NCBI GenBank assembly: GCA_013239625.1
Contig: MU053934.1
Location: 4,234,399-4,298,398, forward strand
Direction of reading: 5' to 3'
DNA length: 64,000 nucleotides
Source of the DNA: Lama guanicoe
Taxonomy: Eukaryota
Below are positions 1-12,500 of this stretch, piece by piece. The stretch's first letter is position 1. Each line of letters begins with the position of its first letter. Under the pieces are notes generated by a model that saw nothing but the letters and a program-made list of their open reading frames with translations, searched no databases and was not told the origin of the DNA. Both the position numbers and the translations under genes were made by a program.

Positions 1-260
1 CCATTGGAAGATTTGAACACAAAGGCCCCCGGCTCGCCCCGCCCGCCGCGTGGGCCCCGCAAGCGGGGCGCGGCCAGGCGAGAGTCCGCTCGTGGGAGGT
101 GCGGGCGTGGGAGCGACACCTGGCTGCGGGAGGACTCCACTGGGGCCTGCCAGCAGGGGCTCGGCCGGGCCTGACTGCGCACTTGATTCCGGAGCTGGTG
201 GCTCAAAACACGTGAGCCATCTACTAGCGCTGCCTCGTGAGCCTCCCCCCACTCACGGCC
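1..260 (-). promoter_or_regulatory. CpG-rich promoter edge, probably upstream part of the SUN2 promoter
   Basis: High CpG density, CCAAT on the minus strand (ATTGG at 3-7) and GC boxes (CCCCGCCCGCC ~37-47, GGGGCG). The SUN2 assignment is inferred only from recalled mammalian synteny (SUN2 starts ~22 kb beyond the DNAL4 3' end, same strand). No SUN2 exon is visible. Confidence 0.5.
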
Positions 261-1575
261 TTCTGGGATCCAGCGCTCAGCAAGCTGACTCCACAGGGCC
301 TGGGTGCCAGGACCCTAAAGGCACTATGGTTGGGGGCACAGCCTCCCCGAGGATGGCCCAAGGGAATAAGGAGGCTGATGACCCCTGGCCTAGGGCCCAC
401 TGGGAGGGGTAGCACCTAGTGGGCCCTTACTGAACCCTCAAATGATTGTTGGAGGCACAAGTGTTCTTTTGGGCATTTCTACACTTTTTTTTTTTTAACA
501 ATAAGTAAATGGGTTCATAGAGTTTTTAAGTGATTTGCTTAAAGTCACACAGTTAAAGAGGCAAAATTGAAATTAGAAGATTCTCTCTACATCCAAGTCT
601 GCGTGTTTTCCATTTCAAGGTTGACTTGGGGATTCCAGATCAGGCAGAAGGCTCTGCCACTTCCCAGTCTGACCCCAGGGCCCCCAAATTTCAGGGCAGA
701 AGCTTTTCTGGGTTTTAAGGAGGAAGCATGCCACAGTTGGCCCCGAGAAGGTGAGGATGGCTACCTGTTTCTCTGCCTTTCTCAGATCTGCATGTGGAAT
801 GAGCGCTGAATACTAAATGAATACAATACTGCCTGACTCCAAGGGTCCCTGCCCTGGCTCCCCACTGACCAACTCTACAGATGCAGAGAAAGGGCCCAGC
901 TTGGGAGGAGTCACTTCTTGTGCAAGCTCTTGTGAGGGAGAAGTGTCGTTATTTCACTTTTAAAGTGCCAAGAGGAAGAGACTAGAAACGACAAAACCAC
1001 TGAGACCGGACAGGAAGGTGCTGGGGTAGGAGAGTGAAGAAATGTGAAGCCCTTGTGCTAAGTCCACTCCAGACAAAAACAACCCACCCTCCCTCGGCCT
1101 GCATTGCCCCACCTGGAAAAGAGGGGCCTCACCTGCACTTACAGCATCTTGAAGACAACAGTGCTTGCTTCTGGGGTTAGACTGCATACGAGCTCCCTGA
1201 GGACAAGGGCCGGCTCTTCAGGACCTGGCACAGGGCCTGGATCATGTCTGAGCGTCTGCTGAACGTAGAATGAGTGAAATGAGAATTCAAATCAGATTTA
1301 GAGTCAGTGTCCAGGTAGGGAGGGGCCTTATCTTGACACCTTCTTCTCCTCAAGGTGCTTAACTCCCTGGTTCTGTCCTCGCCAGTTCCAGGGGAATCTC
1401 CACATCCCGCCACCTGCACTGCAGAGCCAGCTTCACTCCTCTCTGAGGACCCTTCCCAGGATGTGCTGGTTTGTAAAACAAGAGGCTGCGTGCCTTCCAC
1501 TGGTTTCAGGCAAGGGCCAGGCCCACAGGCTGGCTGGAGGCAGCCCTCTAGTAAACTGTGTTGCCTCTGTGGGCC

Positions 1576-2012
1576 TGTAGTAAGTGAATTATTAGCCCCA
1601 AAGATGTTAGGTCCTAATCCCCGGAAGCAGTGAATGTTACTGGACATGGAAAGTCTTTGCAGATGTGATTGAATGAAGGATTTTGAGATGGGGAGGTTAT
1701 CCTGGATTATCAGGGTGGGCTCTAAATGTAATATCACCAGTGTCCTTATAAGAGACAGAGGAAGGAGCAAAGTGACTGGCCGCAGAGTGTGTGGCCATGA
1801 GACCAGGAATGCTGGCAGCCACCAGAAGCTGGGAAAAGCCAGGAATGGCTTCTTCCCTGAGACTCTCGAGAAAGCAGGGCCCTGCTGACACTTTGATTTT
1901 GGCCCAGTGATTTTGATTTTGGACTTGTGGTCTTCTAAAGTGTAAGAGAATAAATTTCTGTTGCTTTAAGTCACCAAATTTGTGGTAACTTGTTACAGCA
2001 GCCACATAGGGG
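1576..2012 (+). mobile_element. MLT1-family (ERVL-MaLR) solo LTR
   Basis: Characteristic MLT1 motifs: 'ctttgcagatgtgatt', 'attttgagatggggaggttatcctggattatc', 'gccctgctgacactttgattttggcccagtga', 'agaataaatttctgttgctttaagtcaccaaatttgtggtaacttgttacagcagcc'. Ends approximate. Confidence 0.85.
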
Positions 2013-2424
2013 TCCGTCATAAGGGCCCCTGGGAAATTCCTGGTCTAGTTGTTCAAGGCTCCCACACTTGTGCCAAGCCCCTCCCTCTTTCCAGACGGTC
2101 CCCTCTGACAGCACCTGTCAGCCGAGTGCGATCACACAGCCCTGCCTCCCCATCTCTGCTGCCCCGGCCTCTTTGCCATCTTCTCCCTCAGCAGGACTCG
2201 GTCCTTCCAGACTCCGCTGTCTGTCCTGCAGCTGTTCATTTGTCTAGTCTTTTCCTATCACCCCTCTTCTCTTTTTCACTGCTCGGTTCTTACCACTCCT
2301 CTCTCCCATCATCATTTCATAAACAGTGGCAGGGCGGAGGTGGCCAGCTTGGCCCTGGCTGGAACAGGGTCCTGGTGGCTGACAATGTGGCCACTGCTGT
2401 GGGGCCAAAGGATGGCTTTCTCCA

Positions 2425-2630
2425 TTGCCAGGCCCTTTTGCCTTGGGGACCCCTTTCTTCATAAAAAAGATTTAAAATTATCTTCTACCACCACATTGGT
2501 AGAAAGATGACTATTATCTAGGCTTGATTCATAAGTAAGTGTTCATCATTATTATACTTAATTTTTCTTCCAGTTTTTCTTCTTCTTCCAGTTTTAAAAG
2601 AAATGAAAAGATTTCTGGGGGCCCCCAAAG
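2425..2630 (+). mobile_element. Degenerate non-autonomous DNA transposon (hAT-Tip100/ORSL-like), copy 1
   Basis: AT-rich core bracketed by GGGNCCC motifs ('ttgccttggggacccctttcttcataaaaaaagatttaaaatta...ttttaaaagaaatgaaaagatttctgggggcccc'), with a related copy at ~4860-5040. Family name is from recall and tentative. Confidence 0.4.
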
Positions 2631-4859
2631 CATCCTGCATTCTGGGCGTCATGCCTGCCCTGCTTCATGGAGAAGTTGGCTCTGCACTGGGAATGCTGAG
2701 GAACAGCTCAGTGAGAGGAGCCTCAGCTGGCTCCTGCCCCAGCGCCTGCTTTGCCAGGGGACCAACCCGAGTGCTCTGGGACCACAGAACACCCCCCCCC
2801 CCACGCAGATCCAGAGCAGCAGCAGCCCTGGGAGGTCCCGCAGCAGCGTGGGCTGCGGTGAAAAGCAAGGAGGATGCAGAATCTGCAGCCCCGGGTCTAG
2901 GCCGGGGCACCACTGGCTTGCTCTGTGACCTGCTCTGTGAGCCACTGCACCTCTCATTTGTAAAATGCGAATAATAACAACTGTCCTGTCTGTCACGCAA
3001 CTGGCTGTGTCAACTCGACAAGGCTTCTTGGCCTGTTCCTCGGTGACGTCAAGTGAGGGGCGGAGCTGCTTCAGCACAAAGGGCTTGTGCCACCTGCGGT
3101 CTTCAGAAGGGAGAAGGGTTTGTTTTGGCCTTGGAGGCGAGTCAGGTAGCTTCCAGAGACCAGACTTTCCCATTCCCCCCCACGTGGTGGTGGAATGAGC
3201 CGTGTCCTGTCTGCCTCCCCCATGACTCCAAATACTTGTGCCCGGACCCACCCTACTAGTGCTCAGAATGCTTGTGTCAAATGCACACCTAGTAGGCACA
3301 TCTGGCCACTTCCCTGCAGCCAAGGCCACATCCATTTCTTCCTCCTGGCCGTCCGTGCCCATCAGCCGCCAGGATGTCAGCGTCTGTCATTTAACCATCA
3401 CAGGCAGAATGTCCTGGGTGAGAGGAGGCTTTATTTCAGGCTTCCTGCCTGCGGGAACACGTCTGACAGCTGACAGGAGGCAGTAACCTCAGAGAATCTC
3501 GGTGCCTCCTGACCCCCAAGGGCTGTTTCTCTGCCTCCTGGGGATCTGATGTGGGCTCCCTACTCCTACTCCACCCCACCCAGTCTGGCGACAGGGCTCC
3601 TATTTTACAAAATCTTTTATCCAGGTTGCTCAAAGAGCCCCATCACCAGGTGGCAAGTGCAGTTAAGCCTGTTTTATGGAAGGAGAAGTCCAGTCCAAGG
3701 AGGAAAGGATTCTGGATCCAGGTTACTGGGGCCAGCCGGGGCTCCAGGAACAGAACGTATGTCCCCAGCCGAGATGGCCTCTCCCAGCCAGGTTCTAATG
3801 GGTGACTGTGCCTTAGTCATCGCTGCTCCCCAACGCCTATTACAGAGCCTGGCTCCTAATAAATGCTCAATAAACATGCAGCAACCATTGCTCCCCTCAA
3901 TCTTCAAACACCCCACTCCCTTGCACAGCCTCTGAAGCCAGCAACCCGAAACCCCCTGTGACCTTGCTTGTGGTTCCCAGCTGAGCCCTCCTTAGCTTCA
4001 CCCTGGGCCCCCCTCCCACTCCCACACCTTTGCTCAGGCTGTGCCCTGGCCTGGAATGCCCTGTCCCCATCACTGCCTGATGAAATTCTAATCTTTCATG
4101 GATGAACTCAAAGCTCTCTTGTCTCATGAAGACTTGTTTCCCTGCCTCTGAGTTCCCAAGGCAGAAGGAATGGCTCCCTCCTCCCTCTCTCAGTGTACTT
4201 CTCAGGCTGTGTTCTGGAATGGGAATAACAGTCACGCAGCCCCCAGGGATACCATGAAGATTAGATGGCTTAATGCCTGGTACTCAGTGAGCCTGAGCTA
4301 CAATTATCACTCATTGTCCCCACAGCACAGCGCCTGGCCGCATGGAGGAATGGTCTACATGGGCTGTGCGGTCTGGAGGAAGGTCAGGGCAGCACTGGGG
4401 CCTTTGAGGGCACTGGCGCGTGGGTCAGAACTCATGGACATCTGGGACTTGCCTGATATCTATGTGAGGTTGTCCCTCTTGGAAATGACACACCTACCAG
4501 TGGCTCCACCTCCATAGGGACATTGCTGGGCCAGTGGTCCAGAGTGCAGGCTTGACCCTCAGGCTTCCTGGTGAACAACTTGGGCAAGCCATTTAGCCTT
4601 GCTGTCCTCATCTGTAAAATGGGTGTGACGGTAGTGTGCCTGCTTCATAGGAGCCGAGCACAGAGCCTGGCACAGGGCAAGTGCTCAGTCAGTGTAATTT
4701 ACTTTTTTACTTACAAGCATGTACTTATTCACCCAGTGCCCACTGCGTGTCCACTGTGACAGTAAGACAAGGTCCTGCTGGAGGAGGCAGTCGAGTGAGA
4801 AGGTCATTACTGCATAGTGAGGCCCCAGCAGGGACACAGGCCTGTAAGTGTCCTTCATG

Positions 4860-5040
4860 ACCAGGGCTTCAGAATGACTTTTGTGGGCTCCTTCCAAAAA
4901 AAAATTTTGAAATTCTATTTTGCCACTGTGCTGCTGTAAAGAAGAATATAACCCAGGCTGGGTGATGGCCATATTCCTCCTTCTGATAAAAATAATTTAA
5001 ACATTTCTGTGGGCCCTGACAGTGTGCCTACTGTGGGTAA
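4860..5040 (+). mobile_element. Degenerate non-autonomous DNA transposon (hAT-Tip100/ORSL-like), copy 2
   Basis: 'gtgggctccttccaaaaaaaattttgaaattctatttt...taaagaagaatataacccaggctgg...aaacatttctgtgggccctgacagtgtgcctactgtg' is colinear with 2425-2630. Confidence 0.4.
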
Positions 5041-7124
5041 GGGTCTGTTTGTGACCCCTCACCCAGATTTGGGGAGTCTGAGGCTGCCAGAGATGGTGAC
5101 CAGAAAAGTGAGCAGAGTAGCCAGGGGACAGAGGGGACAAGAGGGCATTAGGCAGATGGGACAACAGGGAGAGGGCCTAGCTCGTGGGGACATTGCCAGA
5201 TCTGTTAGGCCCACAGTGTGGGGACAGCCTCTGCCGCATCCCAGCCCTGTCACTGGATCCTTCAGCCTTGACCCCTGGGCTAACCTGAGCCACCCCAGCA
5301 CAACTCCAGCTCCTCCCCAACCTCAGCTAAACCTCCGCCGCTCGCCCCGCTCCCTCCTCCAGGGCTGCAGCACACACTCCACTGCCCAGTCTTAGCTGTC
5401 CCACTGCACAGTGGGGACAGTAACTCCCACCCTTCCCCACTGTCCAAGGCCTGGGGAGAGGGGGCTGCACCACGACCCAGGAGGCGGCCAGTCCTTGCCA
5501 CAGCACCGTTGGCAGTGTGGCCGGTAGGCTTTTTTATGGCGGGACAGAGCTGAGGGGGGTCCCCCTCCCTCAGCACCCAGCCATCAGCACTGCAGCGCAC
5601 CTGGGGAGGAATGTTCCATCATGAGTCACTCAGTGTCCCCAGAGGCTGCAGGACTGGCGGGCCCTTGGTCATGCCTGAGGGCATTTCAATCTGGGCACCC
5701 TAGTTCCTCCAGTCCTCCTTCTGTGCCGACTGTCTCCCCACTGCTCATTTCCTGCAGGTCTGTACTTGCCGAGAGCCAAAGCCCTCCAGGTGTAGGGGGA
5801 TCTGGGTGGCCAGCTTTGGTGGCACACAAGTGGAACGGCACAGGGCTGCAGAGACCAAATGTGGTCATCTGCCCAGCTCAGTCCTACTGGCCGGCAAGCT
5901 CCTCCAAGGGCCCCCGGGCATCATACCAGCAGGGCCTGCAGCTGCCAGTCCAGGGCCTCCTGGTGCTTAGAGACTCCCATGTGCCATCTCATGGGCCATA
6001 GGGCCTCGTGGCAGGGTGCTGTGGGCTCAAAAGTTTGACTTCTTGATGCTGAAGAATGGGAGGGCGGGGTGAGATCAGCGAGGGCTGGCCTGGGGCTGCC
6101 CCTTCACCAGACTGGTCCAAGAGAGGACTGGCCTTTAGCAGCTGGGGCACGCCTGTGTGTGTACTGCACACAGACAGTAGACTAGGGCTGTCAATTGGGA
6201 GTGAGGTGACCTTGGGTAAGCCTGCGCACCCAAGAGTTGAATAAACTGCCTCTTGGGTCCCTTCCAGAACCCATCCCGGGCTCAGCCCTCCCCACTGGCT
6301 ATAGCTGCCCCTGTCTTTGCTCCGGTCACCCTTCCTGAACCTGCCCAGCCCCCAGGACATGCCCAGGAGTGAGTTCCCTGACTCCACACCCAGTGCAGTG
6401 CCGCCCGCACAGGGGCCGCTCAGTTGGGGTGTGCTGGGGGATGTCGGGGTGCGACTGAACTGATGCCTGTCCTCCTTTTTGTCTGAAGTGTGCCCAGCTC
6501 TCCCACTTTCTGCCCATCTCCCTGTACCTGTGTTTAATTCTCAACAGCTTTGTTCTAGGGGCCCGAGGTGGCTGAGGTTATCTGTAATTCAGGCAATTTC
6601 TGTCTTCCTCTTCCGGCCTCTCCCCACCGCCACCCACACCCCACATCCTCCAGAGCTGGGTTCCTGCCCCCACCCCATGCCTCACCCCTAACCTGCCAGC
6701 CTCCCTCCCAGGACAGGCTCCTAGGATCCTGCCCCACCTTCTGCCTCACCCCTAGGCTCAAACAATTCCCCGCCCCGGGGCCCTCAAAGAGCAGCACCAC
6801 CTCCTCCCACCAGACAACTTCTCTGCCCCTTGAGGCCTCTCTTGCTGCCGGCTTCCCCAGTGCACCTCAGTTCCAGAACTAGACTCTGGGTGATTTCTGT
6901 AGCTTCCTAGCTGCCCCTTCTCCCCTCTAGCCTCCACAAAGCTTCCAGAAGGAGCATCCTTAAACACAGGTTGGACCTTGTCACCTGCCTCCAGCTCATC
7001 ACCTGCCCATGGCGCCATCACCCACACGATCAAGTCCAGCTTGATCCAGAAGGCCTTCCCTGACGTGGCCTCCATCTGCCCCCCTGGCCTCGTGGCCTCC
7101 CTCCCCACCTTCACTCTAACCATC

Positions 7125-7560
7125 CAGAGAAGAACTGACTCAGCAGGCCTGAGACAAAGGCCTGACACAGGCTGGACCTTGTCTGACATCTGGACACTTG
7201 GATTTCAGGAAAGTTCCCACCACTTCCTGATAAGAGCAGCCACTGGGCTTAAACTGTTTGTACCAACAGCGTGGTTCATGCTGAACCACTGCTTTCCTTC
7301 TGGGGGTCTGGATTTGGGTACATGTCAGGCAGAAGGTGCCTAGGTGGCCAGCCCGCAATTAAAACCTTGAGTGCTGAGTCTCTACCGAGCTTCCCTGGTT
7401 GGCGACACTTCACGCGTGTCGTCACAACTCACTACTGAAGACATTAAGCGCATCCTGTGTGACTCCACTAGACGTCGCCCTGGTGCCCGTTCCCTTTGCT
7501 GATTAAGCTCTGGATCCTTTTGCTAAAATTGCCATGAGGATGACTCTGTGCCGGGCCCTC
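7125..7560 (+). mobile_element. MER68/MER21-group ERVL LTR
   Basis: 'aactgactcagcaggcctgaga', 'ctgctttccttctggggg', 'gctgagtctcta..gagcttccctgg', 'attaagcgcatcctgtgtgactccact' match the recalled MER68-type consensus. Ends approximate. Confidence 0.7.
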
Positions 7561-9180
7561 ATGGTACCTGGGGGTGCTCAGGGGGAGCCCAGCACACTGA
7601 CCCTTTCTCAAATATTCCGGGATGTTCACGCCCTGTGCTTTTGCTCTGGCTGTCCCTGCTTTGTGAACTGACCTCCCCGCCTTGCCTGGTGGGCCAGTCG
7701 TCACCTGCAGGACCAGGACACAGCACAGGCTGCCTCCTCTGAGCTCCCCTGCGCCGTGGGCAGTGCCCGACAGGACTGTTTCCAGTGGCTGGGGCTTCTG
7801 GAGGGTGGGGGCCGCACCTCTTCATACGGCATCTGAACGAGGCCCCAGGGAAGATCTGCAAACTTGGCTGGAGACATTTTGAAGCTGCAACAGGGGCCCC
7901 AGGATGGGAGGGGGTTGCTGCCCTGACTCCTGGGGTCACCTGGGTGGGATGTGAGGGGCAACTTACCTGTTCCAGGGGGGCCAGGATGGAGAACTTGTCC
8001 TAAGAGTGTCAGCCAGACCCACTTGGCAGGCAACAGCCCATCAGAGGAGGCGCAGGCTTGTGTGTGTGGGCACATGGGTGGGAGGGTTGGGGGCACTTGA
8101 GGGTCTGTGCACGCCGGCCGAGCCCACTCTGCTGGGTGCTCACGAAGGGCACAGGTGTGCTCAAGCCGGTGCTGGCTGAAAGGGGACCCCAAAGTAATTA
8201 GGGGGTGGTTATTCCTTCAGCAAAAGCTTCTTCACTTGACCAGAGGAAGTGAAGGAGGGTCCCTTCTCTTCTTGAATTCCTTGTCATTCACAAGCCCCTC
8301 CAGGGTGCTGTTAATGAAAGACTGAGTTTTGCACGTAGCTTTTGGGCGGCCCTCCTGTCTGTGAAGTCGGGTGAACCTGAGCCTGAGGGTCGGGCTGACA
8401 GGACGCCTGACTTGCTTCATGTATTGGTAACAACATTCCTGGCTGGCCAGGGGCTAGGAACGTCCCGTCCTACCAAGCTCTGGAGCAGACAGTGAGGACC
8501 GGGCTGGGCAGGGGAAAGAACTCATGGGGGACAGAAAAACAGGCCAGGCTTTGGCTGTTAGGAATTGCTCCCCTTCTTTGTCCTCGGGGTTCCGGGGCCC
8601 ATCCTGGGGTGGTCACTGCTGTCCCAGCCATCATGAGGGAGGCCGGGTCACCAGGGGCCACGGGCCTCTTTGAATAGAGCTACCCCAGCCTCGGCCCCAG
8701 TGGAGAGAACTAGAAGGGGACTGTCCCTGCAGCTCACTCGGCCGTGGCCACAAACCAGGCCAGGGGTCGGGGTGGGGGTGGGCGAGGTCACTGATGCTGC
8801 TTCCAGGAGCAGGGGCTGTGAGCCTCTCTGGGGACAGTCATGCTTCATGGGATTATTGTGAGGGTTACATGAAATGATTTTTATTTCAAATGATTTTTTT
8901 TTGAAAAAATGATTTTTTGAAAAAATCATTTGAAATATTCTGACTGAACTAATGAATCTGTGCTGCACATTTTAGGACAAAGAAGGGGTGGGACTGTGCA
9001 GCCTCTGGGTCCCCCGCCGGGTCTGAAACTCAGTGTCTGTGTCTGACGCTCACCTGTGCTGGTTCATGGATGTCTTCAGAGCACCGACGGCTGCAGCAGA
9101 CAAAACTCCCCAGGGGTGGCCCTCTTCAGCTCTCTTAGCTCTCGAAGAGGTGGAGGGAAATTTCAGGTCATCTCCAAATA

Positions 9181-9303
9181 CACACCCAGACACACACAAA
9201 CACAAAAACACATACAGACAACACAAGAGACACGCAGACATCATACATCAGAGACACACTTGGATACACAGAGACCAAGACACACACACACACACACACA
9301 CAC
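9181..9303. repeat. Degenerate (CA)n microsatellite region
   Basis: CA-rich tract ending in a pure (CA)n run at ~9280-9303. Confidence 0.85.
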
Positions 9304-9410
9304 TCCCGAGGGGCCCCTGCTGGTCCTGGCCTAACCTCCAGCTGTTGTCTGGGTATAACAGAAAGTTGTCATTGCCCAACTCTTGAAACCTCTCATAATA
9401 GTGCTGGTCG

Positions 9411-9500
9411 GCGGGGAGGGTATAGCTCAGCAGTAAAGTGCATGCTTAGCATGCCCGAGGTCCTGGGTTCAATCCCCAGTACTTTTATTTAAAAAAAAAA
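9411..9500 (+). mobile_element. tRNA-Ala(AGC)-derived SINE (camelid vic-1-like) with poly(A) tail
   Basis: 'ggggagggtatagctcagcagtaaagtgcatgcttagcatgcccgaggtcctgggttcaatccccagtac' has an A box (TAGCTCAG), an AGC anticodon loop and a B box (GGTTCAATCC), followed by A10. Imperfect target-site duplication: aatagtgctggtcg / aatatgctggttg. Confidence 0.85.
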
Positions 9501-12500
9501 GAATATGCTGGTTGAGGTTCCCTGGGGTGGGGAATAAGGAGGGAGGAGAGAGGCTCTAGGGAGGGCTGGCCCCCTGGGGGGGGCTCCCAGGGAAAAGGTA
9601 GGAAGGGCCTGGGGGGCACTGGAGTAACAGTGAGGGGTTGGCCATTAAAGACTTACAGCTACTGTCACCTTAGAAGTGCTCAGGTCGGGAAGGCCCCTGA
9701 AATCTGGGTGAGGGGAGACATAGGGCAGCGTAGAGTGGCCAGTGGGATCTCAGGCATGGGGATGCAGCAGCCTGCAGGGCCCACCCACTGAGCTGGGAGT
9801 CAGGAGCGGGTCCAACCCAGTGCTGGAGGACAGGCCCAGAGACAGTGGGCCTGGCTACCAGCCAGGCTGACCAGCTGCTCCATGCTCAGGCCTCTGATCC
9901 CCACTGGCCCATGGAGAGGACGACAGGTGGCCAAGACAAGCAGTTTGTCAAATGTTCCCTCAGATCTGAGGTGGCTCCGGGGCCTCCTGGAGGCTGGGCT
10001 TCCCCCATCACTTCAACTAGAGCTGTTCTGTACTCTCCGTTCCCCACCCTGGGGTTCCCTAGACAAAGTTGTTTGAAGAGAGAATCCTGTGGCCAAAAAC
10101 AAATCAAACAAACCAAAAGGATGATTGGCTTGGCCAGCATCTCAGCATCCCAGTGCCCGCTTCTCACCCAGGAGGAAGTCCAGGATGGTCACGTGATGAC
10201 AAGGAGCAGGTGGGAGGCCCTTGGACCTGGCACGGCAGTCCCGCTTCACCCCTCTGAGAGGGAATGTGGGGTACAGCTTGGCTCAGCAGTGCCAGGGAGC
10301 CCCATGCCCAGCCCAGTGATGGGGAAATGGCCAGACCAGCGGGAGGAGGACAATGGTTGATAGGCTTGGGGTCGGGAGGCTGTTGGCATCCCAGGCCCCA
10401 ATCCCCCCTATGCCCTTAGCTCAGGGAAGGAGCTCAGCTCAGGCACTAGTCCTCTCTGGGCCTCGGTTTTCTTCTAGTAAAGGATGTGGCCACTGGTGAA
10501 TTCATCTCACCTGTGCTGGGCCCTGGGGTTCCCAGTGAGCGGGACCCCGATGCCTGTCCGCCAGGGGTTGACCTCTGGTGGGGAGAAGAGCCAGTGCCCA
10601 GACCCCAGCGGGCACAGCACCCAACTGATCTCCAGCCCCACCTCAGCCCTTGCTCCGCTGCTCCCCCTGCCTGGAGCCCGTCCCTGCGATGGACGCGTGG
10701 CTCGTTCTCCATCCTCCCAGTGAGGCTGTGCTCTTCTCAAACCGCCCTGCTGAAAACTCTCCTACCTCCCCTCCCTCCAGGCCCCCTCCCTCGCTGTCTA
10801 ATAAACACACGGACGCTTCACTTACTTGCGGCGGTTGATTATTGCTGGTACTTGTTCTCCTGAGAGTAAGCCCGTAAAGGGCATGGATTTGACCCGTTTT
10901 GTTCACTGCTCTTCTCCCAGGGGCTAACAGAGAATCAGACACATAGTAGGTGCTCAATAAACATTTGTGGAATGAATGAATACTACCTACCCCTGGTGGG
11001 CATTGTTGCCTCCATTTTACAGATGAGAAAACAGAGGCTCAGAGCTGTGATTTGTTTAGGTCACACAGCCAGTTACTAACAAAGCTGAGGCCTTCTGATT
11101 CCAAAGCACTTTTCCCTTTCCTTTTGACCAATCACTGCCCTAGAGCTCAGAGGAGAAGCCCAGGGACTATGGTGGGCAATTAGAAAGGGGGCCGTGGCCT
11201 TGACCAGAGCTGTTCTAGATGAGAGATTGGCTCTGACTCACTTGGCCTCCTTGCTCTTGCTGTAAGAGCATCTGTAGGGGACGGCCAGGCTGGCTTGGGG
11301 CAGAAAGGGGGTTCCGGAATCCTGTGACACCAGTGCGGGCTCCATACCGCAGTAGGCGGCGCGTGCACGGTTGTTTGCTGAGGGAGGAGGGAGGCCATGG
11401 GCAGTGCCACATGGGCCACATCCTGGGGCAGGCCTGCCCGGCTCCTGTCCCTCACCAGGCTCCCCCGGGCTCAGCCCACGCAAGGCCCCAGCCCCTGATA
11501 CTGGGGCTGGGGTAGGGGACAGAAGGACGCCTGCCCCACATTCTGTCATGAAGAGGCGACTCCCTTGGGATCTGACTCTGCACCCACCTCTGGTTTATCT
11601 GATTTCTGCCACTTTCCCCAGATCCCAGCAACACCTGTGCCGGATTCTGACAACTGTGCCATCTCTGTGGCCGGCCTGGGGCAGAAGCGCGAGCACGGGT
11701 GGGGGGCCAGCGGTGCTGCGAGGTCAGTCACTCCACTCCTCTGAATCTCGGTCACCAGTCTGTTCCTTTCTCTCCTCAAATTCCAGTAACTGCCTCAGCG
11801 ACTTGCCTGAGCTCCCCTCACCCGTCATGCTGTTTCCAGGCTCCATGCCTCTATTCGCTCTGCGACCTCTACCTGGCAGCCTGTCTCACCTTTCCTGGCT
11901 TGGCCAACTCTCATCTAACTCACACACGCCCACTCTTCAGTCCTTCAAATCCTAGTGATAATGGCATCTCCTCCAGGAAGCCCCTCCGGACACCAGGGTG
12001 AGCTGTGTGTCCCTTCACAGTGCCCTGTAATCTCTTCTGCCTTCGTCATTAGCACTGCCCCCCTGTTCCCTGCCAGAGACCCGCCAGTGCATGAGGCTCC
12101 ATCTCTGGGGCTGGCAAGGAGAAGGCTCAGAGCCTGAGTGGGTGGAGTCCAGAGGACCGTGTTGACATCTAGCGGGATATGGGGTGCCCAGGGAGAAGCT
12201 CTGGGATGCAGCCAGTGTCAGGGGACAGTGTGGGGGTGCGGGAAGGCTGGGGGGTGGCTCAGCATGAGGAGGGCTCTCAACTCACCTACCTCCCAGTCCC
12301 ACTTGCCTGGAGACCTGAAGAAGGCTTGGCAGAGCTTTTGTCAGTAGTGATGCCTCAAATCTCCTTGACAATACTCACCCATTGGCCCACGGCCAGGGGG
12401 ACCCTCCTGTAAGCCAGGATTCTGCCTCAGAAGGAAGGGAAGAGAAAGGAACCCATTGTATTTAGTGTCTGTTAGTCAGGCCCTGGGCACTTTCCTACTA

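Noticed and set aside
2649..3362. 237-aa minus ORF and many other 60-200 aa ORFs in 1-22 kb
   Set aside because: Expected by chance in GC-rich intergenic DNA. They overlap in several frames, with no domain or splice-consistent gene model.
9411..9490. Functional tRNA-Ala gene
   Set aside because: The broken acceptor stem, poly(A) tail and target-site duplications indicate a retroposed SINE.
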